Positions 12,817 to 26,010 of a stretch of 64,000 nucleotides of DNA are shown here, piece by piece. The notes under the pieces are model-generated. The model did not search any database, was not told where the DNA came from, and was given only the letters and a program-made list of their open reading frames with translations. The position numbers were made by a program, and so were the translations under genes. The DNA is from Camelus ferus (Eukaryota): the NCBI RefSeq assembly GCF_009834535.1, contig NC_045696.1, forward strand, positions 32,800,001-32,864,000. Direction: 5' to 3'. Numbering within the stretch: the first letter of the stretch is position 1; every line of letters starts with the position of its first letter.

Positions 12817-12995
12817 TCGTGATTTTTTATTGAAGTGTAGTTGATTTATTATATTAGGTTCAAATGTACAACACAGTGATTCAATATTTGTATAGATTAT
12901 ACTCCACTTAAAGTTACTGTAAAATATTGACTATATTCCCTGTACTGTACAATATATTCTTGTAGCTTGTACATTTTACACAGTAGTTTGTGCCT
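12817..12995 (-). mobile_element. 5'-truncated L1 3' UTR (artiodactyl-type) with target-site duplication
   Basis: ttttattgaagtgtagttgattt...caaatgtacaacacagtgattcaatatt...tatattccctgtactgtacaatata; flanked by ctgcctcacttctt (12803-12816) and ctgtctcacttctt (12996-13009). Confidence 0.85.
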
Positions 12996-13864
12996 CTGTC
13001 TCACTTCTTCTTATGCTGAGTGTGAGCTCTTGCAGTATGAGATTTTCATAAAGAGAGCTTGAGGCTCTCTCTCCTACAGAGCTGCCACTGAGTCTGTGTG
13101 GCAGAGTGGCATAGAACAGGAATGAAAACCAGTCCTGATACCCCAACGCTGGCAGCTACTTGAACTGATTTCTTTGCCTCTTTCTATATAGTCACTGGAT
13201 ATCTAGCAAATCAAAATGCATATTTCTATTTTGGTTTTACCTCCTCACTAAATACTCTCTGACTAGTCCTAGTAGTGTTTTAAACTTCTTTTGGAGTTTC
13301 TCATTATACTACCCTGCATTGTCTACAAATAACTGTGCTTCTGCCTTTCAGTAGCCACATTTCTACTTTTGTTTCCTGCCTGAGCACATCAGCTATAGTA
13401 TACATCCTTTTAAAATTAGAGAAATGAAAGAAAAAAATTTAGTACTTGAACAGCTATGGGGAAGGGAGGCTTCGAGTATAGAAAGGTGAAAATAAAATAA
13501 AAATGATTTTAGCAGCTAAGGTGTGATGTGATGATGACCTGGACCAAAAAGAGAGCTAAGGAAATAGAAATAATATATTCAAAAGGTATTCAAGCAAGGA
13601 ATTGTCTAGGCTTGGTCAACCAAAAATTAATTTCTAGTCTTCAAACCAGGAGCAAAGGAATCTAATTTTGAGTAGCCACACGATTGATTATATTATTAAT
13701 CTACCACCATCTATTTATGTCAGAGAAGATATGACAAAGGAAATTAATTTTAATTCTCAGTTCCTAAGGGGTCCTAAGATTATAGACTCAAAATAAATTA
13801 GCAGACATTCATTTACTGTATCTTTACAATTTGACACTACATGCTCATTAAAAGTAAAATTAAG

Positions 13865-15010
13865 ATTCAGTCATTTATTCAGGAACACTTACTGAACTGC
13901 TTTTTGCCAGGAGTTGTTCTCAGCATTTTGGATGTAGCAGAGGACAAAACAGGCAAAACTCTGCCCTCATGCAACTTACGTTCAAGTAGGAGGAAACTGG
14001 CCAGTAGTGAAATAAATACATACATACATAGTTTGTCCAAGGGTGATGAATTCTTTGAAGGAAAAACATTTAAGAGGGAGAGAGGAAGTGCCGTTTTAAA
14101 TAACGTCTGAGGGAGAGCCTCATTAAGGAAGTGACATGGAAGCAAATACCCAAAAGAGAATAAAGAGCTAAATGTGCTACTGTTTCTGGGCGTGAGCAGA
14201 ACAGAGGAGCAGCCTGAAATGAAAGCTCTGAGCATGTTTGAAGAAGGGCTTAGCCAGTGTGTACCGATCAGAGTGAATGGGAGAAGAGAGGCGTTGAAGG
14301 TAGAAAGGTAAGGATGTGGGGAGTGTGAGCAGTTGGGACCTTGTTGGCCACTGAAGGATTCTGGCTTTTTCTCTGGGTAAGATGCGAAACCATTGGAGGG
14401 TATTGAGCAGAACAGTGAGGTTGTCTTTTGAACATTTTACCAGTATCACTCTGGCTATTATGGGGAGAACAGACTATGGTGGGTAGGGGGTGGGGTGGGA
14501 TCAGAAGCAGAGAGACCAGTTAGGAAGCCAGTGTGAATAAACCAGGTGAAAGATGAAGCTGGTTTGGACCAGATACATAGCAATGAAGGTGAGGAGAGTA
14601 AATGGAAGTCTGCGTATTTGAAAGTATTTTGACTAACTGATGGCAAGAATGTGGGGTAGAAGAGAGAAAGAGGAGTCACTTCTAGGCTTTTGGTTTGAAC
14701 ACCTGAAATAGTGGACTTGAAAAGAAGATGGACAAGATTGCAGGCAATGGGGGTGGTGACTGTTTTGGGGAAGATTTGGATTTGGCTTTATTACATTAAG
14801 TTTATTACACGTACAAGAGGGGGTTATATAATAAGCAATTAGGTATATAGCCTGGAATCGAGGGACTGGTTCAAGTTGAAGACCTTAAACATAGAGTGGG
14901 CATGTGTCATCAGAGTGGATGGTTCTGCCAAGAGGTTCTGGGGGAAAGTGGTCAAAGAAATGCACCCTGGAATCCATCACTAACAACAGGTTAAGGAGGT
15001 GAGGAGGAAT
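13865..15010 (-). mobile_element. L2 LINE (L2a-like) 3' region, about 1.1 kb
   Basis: cattt attcaggaacacttactgaactgc...gccaggagttgttct...caaaactctgccctcatg...ccattggagggtattgagcag...atcactctggct are typical L2 3' sequences in reverse orientation. Confidence 0.85.
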
Positions 15011-18000
15011 GCCTATTTGAATCATGAATTTGAATACTCTTTTCCTTTTTTTCCCCTACTTTCCATTTATTACAGCATTTGGCCTGTGGAATAATTCTGA
15101 AAAACATATAGTGATAGAATTGAAAAGCTGATTAGTATTTTCTTTGCAATTTAACAGTTGCAAACATCCCAACTTTCATTTGCTTCCTTTGATGTTTATA
15201 TATATTATACTTATCCAGAAAGTAAATTGATGCTATTGTGGTTCTTTGCATAAACCATGTTTCTTCACACATGTAAGTGTTTTAGATGAGGTTCTCTACC
15301 TTAAGGGTGCCCTTCCTTGTCTTACTTAACCCTCAAAATCCTTATAGCCAGGTGGGATACTTTGTCCTCTTTCCCAGGGAGATGTCAAGGTCAGAGAGAG
15401 GAGGTTCAGACATTGGTACCCTGCTAGGGAAATGACATCTACCAGAAGGCCATGGAAGTGGCAGGAGATCATTCCCAAGTTGGCCCTGGACATCCATGGA
15501 AGCTTCTTAGAACATCTCCAACCTTTTATGGGACTGAACCATCCACTCCCTACTCTTAGGTTAAGTTCCCTCCTATCACTGAAGAAAATAAAGTGAGAGC
15601 AAGAACAGCCATAAACAGAGCAAAACACTCCCTAAATCTTTATCTTCCCTTAGCTTAATCCAGTTTTGCTATAGGAAGTAGGAGGGAGGGGAGCAATTTG
15701 TTCTGGTTGCATGCAGAGTGAGTCAGAGGATGTGCCTCCTGCAACTTTCAGGGCAAGATCCTGGGTGTGGAGCTGCAATAGTGACCACAGCTAACAAACT
15801 GCCTCCTTCGTGGAGCCCAGTCAGCGCTTCTCACGTCATCGGCAGTGAGGGCCGTCTGTTTTCTCTAAATAAAGCCCGAGTCATACTTCTGTAAAGTACA
15901 ATAAAAATGGATTATTAGCAAATGAAATACTAAAGCATACAAAATGAAAGTCCTGACTTTTCATTATTACATTTTACAAACATAGCAAATGAAAACAGAA
16001 CAGCATTACAAAATTGTGTGTGTTCATTGAGTATGGGTGTATTGGGAATAGTACAGAGAATTATTATTATCCTTGTAATTGTTTTGTTATCCTGTAATCA
16101 GAACAAAACAAAACTTTACAGAATAAATAGTAATTGTTCATATTAACAATCTATATGCACACTTTGAATGAACATCGTATATATCAATTATTAAAATATT
16201 TTAATGTGACATGTGCTTCCTCATTAATTTATCTCATCTCCTTCAATTGGCTGTAGCATTTTTTTGCAGGGAATAATGTATAATCTAAACTGCTTCCATG
16301 TTTTATATTAATAGTACTTAGAGTAGAGAAATGAATCTCAGACAAGTATGTTGGCAGAAATGGAAGAGATTTTGAAGCAATTTTGAAGCAGTCTTAAGAG
16401 AATCATTTTAAACTTTTATCCAAAATAAGGCAAGTTTTACGGTAGGTTCAAAATTCATTTTCAATCCTTTCTTACTAGCCAGTTCCAGTATTTATCCTGT
16501 GACGTTATAGTTAAATAAATTTTTGATAGAAGATATCGCTTCAGGATCTATGAGTTTCTATGTGTGGCTCTTTTTTGATGAGACATACAATTCAAAATGT
16601 CCTTTCAGTATTGTAGGATAGTCTGTGATCACTTTTTTGCAAATGAGCAATATCAAGATTATCACATATTTCACTAATAATTGTACTTAATTTATAGATC
16701 ATGTCTTAAAAGAATAGATTTTCTACAATTATTTTAAGCTTCTGACTTTTGTTTTGCCCTTTCACCTTACCTGCCATTGCAAAACATGTTGCATTTCTTC
16801 CTTGCAGGAAGTATTAAGACTATCAAAGACACCAAATATATCAGACAAATAAAGAAGGCTGGCTGTCTAACTCACATATATAAAATGTGAGAATGGGCTG
16901 GTTTCTTATCTTGTAGAAGCAAGAGCTTTTTTGTTGTTCAGACATTTTCAACAGAAGTTTTCAAGCTATAGCTTTTGCCTTGGTGTGCAGTAGAGTTGTC
17001 TATAATAAACTTCTATCTTGTCAGATGAAAAAGAGAATAATTTTGCACTTAATGCATTAGCTTTAAGATAATTTGAAAATTTTACTACACTGCTATAATC
17101 CCTGATGGCTGATTTGTCTTTATTGTATAGCAAGACTTTTTTTGATGAAAGAAGCAGTACATTAGTTTATGGTCTGCATTAGCTCCTTTAATCAGATTAC
17201 TCCAAAATGTTTCCCTGACATCGTGGCATGCCAATCTACAGAAAACTTAAGGTACAAACCAAATTTATTGACAGAGATCACATGCTTGGAAGTCATGGCA
17301 ATGTCAGGTTACTGTAAAAGTTTCTAAGCATTTATTCTCAACTTCTGTAGTTATCTCTTTGCTAGTAAGAAAGTTTGTAACTAGCACTTTGAGAAGCACT
17401 ATTGTGTGTGAAATGGAGATTACACCTACTTTACAGAGGTGTGGTTAAGATTAACAATAATCTTGGAAAAGTGACTATCGAATAGTAAGTATTTGATTTA
17501 AAAGATTGTTAAATTGCATTATACAATATAGTCCATTTTGAGCAAACCTGTATTTGCAGGAAGAGATAGATAAAACATTTTATCTGAACTTAAAAATGTG
17601 GAGAATCTTATGGAGAAGTGTATTTGTCTATCTCTACCTAAGTATCTACATATAGGTATAAAGATACAGGTATGTAATTAAGAGTGTCTCTTGTAAGAGA
17701 AACTAACAAACTGATAAAGAGTGGTGACAGCTTAGACAGAGTAATTATATCAAATTAGAGAAAGCAGAAAAAGACTCAGAAGAGACGATCGATTTTGAGA
17801 TTGACTTAAAAAGATGGCAGAACAAGTTGCTGCAGTTTAAGACAGCGTTCAGAGCTTTCTGTGGGTTTTGCTGCTATACCTGTCTCCTGCCACAGTTTTC
17901 CCCATGTAGGATGTACTGGGGAAATCGTGGCTAGTCTGTTTTAGCTGAGAGTGTTTGAAAAGCTTTGACTCATGGAGACTCACGATGGAGGCATTGTTAT

Positions 18001-19021
18001 ATGCAATTTCCATATAAGGCTACTGAAGCAGAGACAAGTGCAGTCACTTGCTTAAATTGGAAATGAGAGCAGTGGTGCAAGGGCATAATCGTAGGCTGTG
18101 GGACCTCACTTACAGCCTGTGCTCCCCGGCAGATGACAGTGCCCTCTCCTGTGGACTAAGTGGGAGCTAAGAATGGAAAGGTTAGGGTGAATTCACACGG
18201 GGAAAATAATAAGCACAAGGTTTTCCAGGAAAACTCAAGGTGAGCTCATAGCACACAAGGCACCCTGGGACAGATGGCTGAGGGGACAAGGTGTAGCCGT
18301 CCTGTTCACTGGCAGCGCTGTGCCCGAGGAGCCAGTGACAAGTGGGATGAGGGTGAACTAAGCACAAAAGCCGGGCGGAGTTTCGTTTCATTCTTTAGTT
18401 AAGTTTACAAAGTACATGAAGTCGCAAAAAAATCAGTTGTAGGTTTAAGCTATTTGAAGTGCCCCGAATCATCCTTGTATGTGAGAAGCAAGGCTGTCTG
18501 AGGAAAGAGCAGGGCTACATCCCTCCAATCGCATCTCCGCTCTCGGGTATTTGCCTGCCAGGTGGAGTGGCAGTCTTTCCCATGTGCAACAAGGCTGAGT
18601 AGTTCAACTGGAAAACAGTAAGGACCCAAACCAGAAAGTGGGGAAGGAAAAGAAAAAGCAACTGTGAGAAGCACTGAGAACTTTGAATCTATAGAGGCAG
18701 TAAACTTACCAAATATATTTTAGGGGGACTTGTGGGTAAGAGTCAGTTAAAATCAGTGATAACTCAGGTCTCAAACTCCTGTGAATATGATGCCCTAAAA
18801 AGAAATCAGGACTTCAGGAGAAGATGAATGTGAAAGAGTTAAATGGATGAAAATAGGGAGAATGATGAATGTTTTTGAAAAGTTTCCAAAGAAAGGGTAA
18901 TTTGTATTGAATGATTTGCATACATAAATGTGTTATTACATAAACTGAAGTGTGCTCAGTTTGGGTGTTTGAGAACAGTACAAAACTAATAAGCATTTAA
19001 AGTGAAATTACCATGAGAATA

Positions 19022-19430
19022 TGTAGCCAGATCACAGCCAAAAACACATAGCACCATCAACATGTTCAAGTTAAGAGGGTTTAATAATGAAAGTACTCAT
19101 AAAGGTATGGGGAGGCTTACAGAAACCAACAAAATGCCGATGTCTCAGAGACCAACAATGTGAGAAGCTAGTCCTCTCCCTCAGCCTGAAATGGCATGTG
19201 ACCTAAACCATAACCAGAATGTGCAGCCAGTACCAAAGTCAAAAGGAACACCCTGCCTTGCTCTTCTCCTGCCCTGCAGTCTCCTGGCATTGCCTTTCTT
19301 TGGCTGAACTTAATTGGAAACCTGAGGACAGAGGTTGAGGGCTGGATGCTGGGGAGATGCATTCTAGAGGGTCAGCTGCTCGGGCTGTTTGGTGTACAGA
19401 GGTGAAATGATGAAATCAGACACAACCACA
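19022..19430 (-). mobile_element. Ancient ERVL-class solo LTR (LTR33/LTR41-like)
   Basis: Shares motifs with 8290-8727 (gaaaccaac..., tctcctggcattgcctttctttggctgaacttaattggaaacctgaggacagagg). Confidence 0.5.
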
Positions 19431-22400
19431 GTGAGTAACAAACTTATTCACTGAGGAATCTTAAAAAGGACTATCTGTAGGATTTGGAATATATATTTTA
19501 TTAATGTTTTCCAAATGAACTTTATCTGTTTTAAAGTCACTATGTGCAGTTACTTTGAAGTGCCAGGTCAGGTATGAAAGCTGACTTTCAATACTATGAA
19601 AGTTTTTTTTTTTAGATGATTTCTTTACTGGCGAGAAATGTGGATTGCATTCAAATGATTTAGAGTATTAACTATTTTAATTAATAATTTCTGTGTTCCA
19701 CAATCCCAGTAATAAATCTTTGGGAGGAGAATAATAAAGCTAAAAGATTAGTTTTGTAATTGTATCAAGACAGTATAATTACTGACCTTTTGTATTATCA
19801 TGTACTTTTGTAGAAAATCAGCATAATTTTTAAAAGGCCTCATTGTGATATGACTCATTTATTATAAATTTTCCAACTACATTATCAGTCACTTTACTTG
19901 GAGCATCATACAGTACCAGTGAGTTTATCATGGCATATGTGTAATTACTGGCAAACCTGACAACATTTTTGGATAAAGTTGCCCACTATACTATTTAATG
20001 AACAAATGTGCTTGGACGTAATCATTACTTTGCACTCTACTTCTGTTAAAATAATGACCGATCACATATTCACATTTCAATCATTAAAATAACAATAATT
20101 AATGGTTTTTCCTGATGGTAGGATTTTTATAGTTCTTTTCCAGATAATTTTTGTACGATTATGATCATGATTAGCATACATGTATATAATAGGGATTGTT
20201 TTAATAGGCAGATGTTAAGAGAAAGTGTGAAATATTCCCTCTTTCTCTTAATTGCAAGATGAAAAGATTCCCTCTACAGTTACCAAATGATAGTGAAAAA
20301 ATGAAGGATTGGGGGCCGAAAAGAATAAACTCTTTTCTTTGAATTGAACCATGGGGAATTTCTGTAAGATTTATAACCATATTGGCTCATTGATTACTCA
20401 GATGGCAGAAAGATACTCTCAGTGTGTGCTCCTTTATCCTAATGGAAAAAGACTATTAACCCGCCTCAAAATGTATATTAAAAGTTTTAGTTTTGTTAAA
20501 TGGAGAGCTCTGTTTAACCCAGTTGGAGAATTGGACCTCTCCTTGAAAAATGAGCAACCACTTTTAAAGAGTATCACTGCAATTACAAATGAAGTGCAAG
20601 TTAGAATTGAGATAGTGTTATTATATTCTGATTTCAAGATAAACGTAGTCAGGAACTATTGAATTCTTTGTGGTCCGGAGATTATGCCGAAAATTGTAAT
20701 TTCAGTAAGTTATCCCCAATTGACCCCAAAATGGAAGGTCACATAAGCAGGCTATAAACTGCTTCAAGGATGCTGAAAAGCACCATTAATACTGCCTCTT
20801 TCAATGACCTTAAGTGAGAGTATTAAGGGAATCACAGCAGGTTTCATTGAGATCATTCTTTTTATTGAATAAAATTGATCATTTAAGTAAATGAATAATC
20901 ATTTTTGGACAACATAATATGAAAATATATGACCATGAAAACTTGATAGCCCTCCAGCAGTGCTTGTGGAAATTGCAATCTCTCACAAATGTTATAGTGG
21001 CTGGTAACTCAGTAGAAAATTATAATGGCTGTCTAAATTCTAGTACATTTCATTTCAAGTACATTTCATAAAATATGCATTTTTACTACTTTTTTTCAGG
21101 TGCATGTGGTAATGTATATATACTGTATTGTGTAGTGGGCTGTGTAGTTTCATGGAAATACTATATTTTCTCTAGCATCAAAAACTTTGACAAGGAAGTT
21201 ATAAAACTCTCTAGAAATTCAAGTGATTCACAATAAATTAGACAATGGAGAGATTATTTTACTTATATAAAGCTTAATTATTTTCAACCCGTTTTATCAC
21301 TTTAGAAATTCCATTTGCTGTATTGTGTAGGAGTCAGTACAGAGACTACTAACGGGACAATTGATTAGAGAGGTTCACTTGAAAAGTTTCACAGGGATAA
21401 GTCTTCCTGAGGCTTGTTTCAGTAAGTGTTTAGAAAGAACAGTGAATGCTTTTGTACTGTGTTTTCCTCAAATACATTTAACCATATAAAGAAATCTCTA
21501 CATATTTCTTCTAGGAAATCTTACAGCATTTAAACACCAACCATCTATAAAAGCTCTATTTTATGAAAAAAAAAGTCTAAAAATAGCATTGTTATGATTG
21601 TCAAAGTAAAGGCAAAATATCCTGGATTTAGTACTTATTTACATTTTTACATTTGACTTTGTTTAAAATGAGAGAAAATTTTATTGTATACTCACAAGTT
21701 ATTTAATGTCCATAAATGTTACACTACTTACCCTTAAAAATCATAAATCTAGGAAAAGCAAGCTAAACACAAATACTATCCTAAATGCAAATCAAAGATT
21801 TCCATGGTGCTTTTAATGGGCTAGAGTTTTTAATTACATGGGCTTAATAAAACTTGGCTGTAGCACAGCTCAAAAATAGACAAGTTAAAAATCATCAGCT
21901 AATGAGATGGATTTGGGGTATAAACAGAAAAATCCACTTTCTGCTCTTAATCACATTTCATTTTGTGATTTTGTATTATTGAAATATGCCTTCTTTCTGA
22001 CTCACTCTGTGTTTGGCGACTATGTTTCTAGGAATAAATGATGTACTTTTACTCATCAGTACTTATTCCTTGTCCAGTCTCTATAATTCATGTTCTGAGT
22101 TTGGCTTGTAATTAAAGCTACTGAGGCAATAGAACAGGACGAATCTACTGGATACATGGGGAGCAGAATGCTTACAATTGTGGCCTCATTTGCAGGGTCA
22201 AGTACTGCTTGCTCAGTTCTCCCCATTCCTTTTAGGGGAAGAAGAGGTTAGCTTTGGGTGTATTGTAATGGAATTAACATTCACAGGTGATTTCTGTGTA
22301 TCACCCACAGTATTGAGTTTTCATAGGTGACATTTTTTTTTAATCTCCTCAACTTGAACACGCAGAGGCCCAGAGAAGTTAAATTGTTAATAATGACCGA

Positions 22401-23238
22401 ACTCATAACTGGCACAGCTGAAATCTAACTATATTAGCCAAGAAATTAAAATGAGCTAGTTGGATACTTGTACGGCGTGTGGGTGTGTGAGAATGTTCCA
22501 GCACGTGAGAACGCACGTGTGCGAATGTGGAAATCACAGGTGTGATGGCCTCTTGACTTCCTTGAGATGATAGACATTACAATAAAAGATATGTTTAGCT
22601 TCCTAAAAGACGTCAAACCTGCAGTGGAAAAAATAGAAGAAAGAAAAGAAGAAAGGAGAAGCATTACTCTGCCTCCAGCCCTAGTAGCTTTGTTGGAGTT
22701 GCCTTTCCTTTTTCCTCATAGACTTGTGATTAATGTTTTGATAGACATATTTTGATACCTTTTAAAAAGCTACACTTTAAAATTTGAAAGGTGTGAGAGG
22801 CCGCTACTATAAGAACAGTTTCTGCCTCTTTTTTTTTTTTTTTTTTCCCTGACTTGTTGGCTTTATCCTGTTAATCACTGTTTACTCTGAGCTGTAGGGA
22901 AATAATCAAAGGTTGTCTAAAGTGGAGATCACAGGGGCATTTTTCATTTTGGAAACTTCAAGAAGCTGTGCTAGGTACTGTGAACCTGTAGGCAAAGCCG
23001 AGCCACAGAAACTTTCAGTGTGGATTCTGAATGAATTCTGCTTCCCCTAAACCTCAAGTGTATTTTAGAGAATTGCAATGTTTTCTGTTTGTTTTTGATT
23101 GTTGTTTTTCCTAAGGAGCCTCATGTACTTTGTCTTTTATTACTTTTTTTAGTAAAGGCACTTGCAGTTTGATTCCTGGGGGGAATTGTAGAGACCCTGT
23201 TTGTGGCTATAGCAAGTGTCATATGTATGTGTGTCATT

Positions 23239-23240
<2 letters not shown>

Positions 23241-23281
<41 letters not shown>

Positions 23282-23302
23282 GGAGAGGGAGAGAGAGAGA
23301 GA
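23241..23302 (+). repeat. Compound microsatellite (TG)14(TA)n(GA)n
   Basis: Directly visible. Confidence 0.95.
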
Positions 23303-25833
23303 TGCCTTGCTTACAGAAGACAGACTCATATAGACTGATGCTACTATAGCATATTCTCTCTGGCCTCAAATTCTTGTGAGTGAATTTTCCCTTTAATTAG
23401 GTCTTTTCATGTTATTCCTTTTATTTCTACCAAACGACATCGTATTTCTAGTTAAGTCCTGGCTATAAAGCACTGCATGTGTTTAAAAACCCTCAATAAA
23501 GAAAATATTTCTCTACTACTCTTGTACAGGCAGATATTTTAAATGTCATTAATTGCCCACAAATTGTCAGTTCTGAAAAAGAGTTTTAGTTTTGAGATGC
23601 CAGATGGAATAAAAATGATGTTATTGACTTGCAATGAAGGGACTGAAGCACACTGATAGCATCTGACCTTTTATCATCACTTATTTAAAGAGCTTTCAGG
23701 GGAAAAAGCGAAAACTCCCTTTAAAGACTGTAGTAACTTGCTAGTGAAGTGCATTTTTCTCAGAGTGTAGTGAGCTGAGAATAGTCAAAGGAGAAAGCCC
23801 AGAAGGCATGATTGTAAAAATGACCAGTTGCTACTGGTGGAGATGATAATTTATTCCAGTGAAAGCAAAGAAAGTATTGTGGTCACATATGGCTTCGGGT
23901 TCTGATTCTCTCCACCTTCTGCTAACTGCTAACAATAATTAGAAATTTTTAGAGGCAAACTGATCAAGGCCTAGAAGATCAGGCTTCTTCTTCAAATGTC
24001 AATAGCAGAGGTCAGGATTAATTTGTTGCTTTAAAATGTGGAAATTACTCTCCGTGTTTGAGAGCAGTATGTGGCACCCCTTAACTATATGATAAAAAGG
24101 GCCTTGGATTTCGCTGTACGTGTGTGACAGAAAGGATATCTATTTGGAAAGATTTAATAGGCTTGGAATAGAGGGTAATAGAAACCGAATTGGAGTAATT
24201 TATGTTGTGCACAGAAGAAGGTGGTCAGGAAAACTTCAAAGACGATCCTCCTGCATAACTGAAGCAGAATAGGCATTTTAAAACTATCTTCCTTTTACAT
24301 GAAACTGAGTATTAATCTATTGACTCTGAGTTTATATCTTTAAAGATTTTGATATGAGCAAAGTGGCATTGATACAGCCATGTTTGTGGCTGGTCAGCTA
24401 AATCGAGGAAACTAGTTCAGATAACAGGTGAAGTTTGTCAGTGACTTATAATTAAACCTTAGAGAAAAACTGATCTTGTTGATCACGACGGTCATCAGAG
24501 AGACCGTTAGCTTCCTCAGCTCTGAAAATGAAGGTTTTAGTTTCCATAGGCCATAGTGCAATGAATTAAAAAAAAAAAAGTAAGCAAATGGCAAAAACAA
24601 TGTACTACTCTCTAGGTTGGTTAATAAGGGACATTTTATGGTCTGATGTGATAAAGAACATGTACAAATCTTATTTATTTTAGAATAGTCCTCATGGTTC
24701 AAACAACACAAATGAAAATTAGCATAGCTAATTATGTTAGGAGATTTTATGTTTACCAAGTTAAATTGGGGGATCTCTGCTTCGTTCATTGGTGTGAACC
24801 AATGCCACAAAAATAAAGTGAAAATAAGCACACTGTTTCCCTGAACTATGTAGTATTTTCCAGCTTTTGAAATAGAAACCCAACTAGGCACTTATAATAG
24901 TCCTCCTTTTGCCTAAATTTCCATTAGGAAAAGAAACTCAGATACAAAGAAATTCTATAACCTTAAGGAAAAATAGTCCACTGTGGTAGATTGAAAGCAT
25001 CAGAATTTGGGTGGAGCAAAGGGAGCAAGGGAAGGAGAGACGCTTTTGTGCACAGCGGTTTGTGTGTTTATTTTTGTTTTGTGTTTATTTTGTGTTTATT
25101 TTTATTATTTATGCACAGCCAGTGCATGTCAGTTATGTCTTGTCATCCTCTGGAACTGACGTGCTTCAGCCATCATTTTTGAGGTTCTATACACACGAGA
25201 ATCTTGGACTAGAACAAGAAGCTTTTCTTAAAAAATAGCTAAGTAAACTCTGACAAACAATATACTGTTTAACTAAAAAGTGCTCTACTCTGTCGCTTTT
25301 TTGCCTTACGGTATATTTTTACCATAAAATATAACTTTTGAAATTAGACTTTACTGAAGGGGTTTTATATAATCAGAATGTGTTGGCACCTTGTCTTATG
25401 TAATAATAGGAAATCATTTAACTGAGATATTGTAATAAAAAATGATTGAAGTAAGTTGTCTTCATGATGGCTAATTCTTCATATAGTTCCTTCTTCCGGA
25501 GCCCTTGTAAGATGTATATTACTGGCGTAAGGTACACTGCCATCAGTTCATGATGATACTGTTATTAGCATACATAAGTCAAATGAAACGTTTGGTCATT
25601 TAGATAAGCTTCAAGCTTTTTTCATTCTTTCTTTTTTGACAACTATATTTTATAACCACTTCATCTACATGCTCAATTTGAGTTTCAAGTGCCTGAGGAA
25701 CCAGTCAATGAAGCCAAGTGGCCAGTGTGGGGATCTCACTTCACCACTTAATAGCTATGTGAATTTGAACAATGGACTTGAAGTACCTGCATCTTTAAAA
25801 GGAGACAGAAATCAAAGTCTTGATCTCATGGGT

Positions 25834-26010
25834 CAAGACCAGCTACTTAATCAGTGGGTCTTAGCGAAAAATGGAAATGTGTGGCCCTTTGTTCAAAATT
25901 TATGAGCAATTTCAGGTTAACAACAGGAGAGTGTTAAACAAACCATTAACAGCAGAACTTTAAGCCAAGCGTGGAGCCCTTCTAAGCACTAGAGAGCTGT
26001 GTGACCCAGC
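25834..26010 (-). mobile_element. hAT-Tip100 DNA transposon (MER45A-like)
   Basis: caagaccagctacttaat...aaaatggaaatgtgtggccctttgttcaaaattt...ttaagccaagcgtggagcccttctaagcac matches the reverse complement of recalled MER45A. Confidence 0.7.

Noticed and set aside
24412..24891. Longest ORF (159 aa, minus strand)
   Set aside because: Non-ATG start, runs through a poly(A/T) tract, AT-biased composition, no homology recognised.
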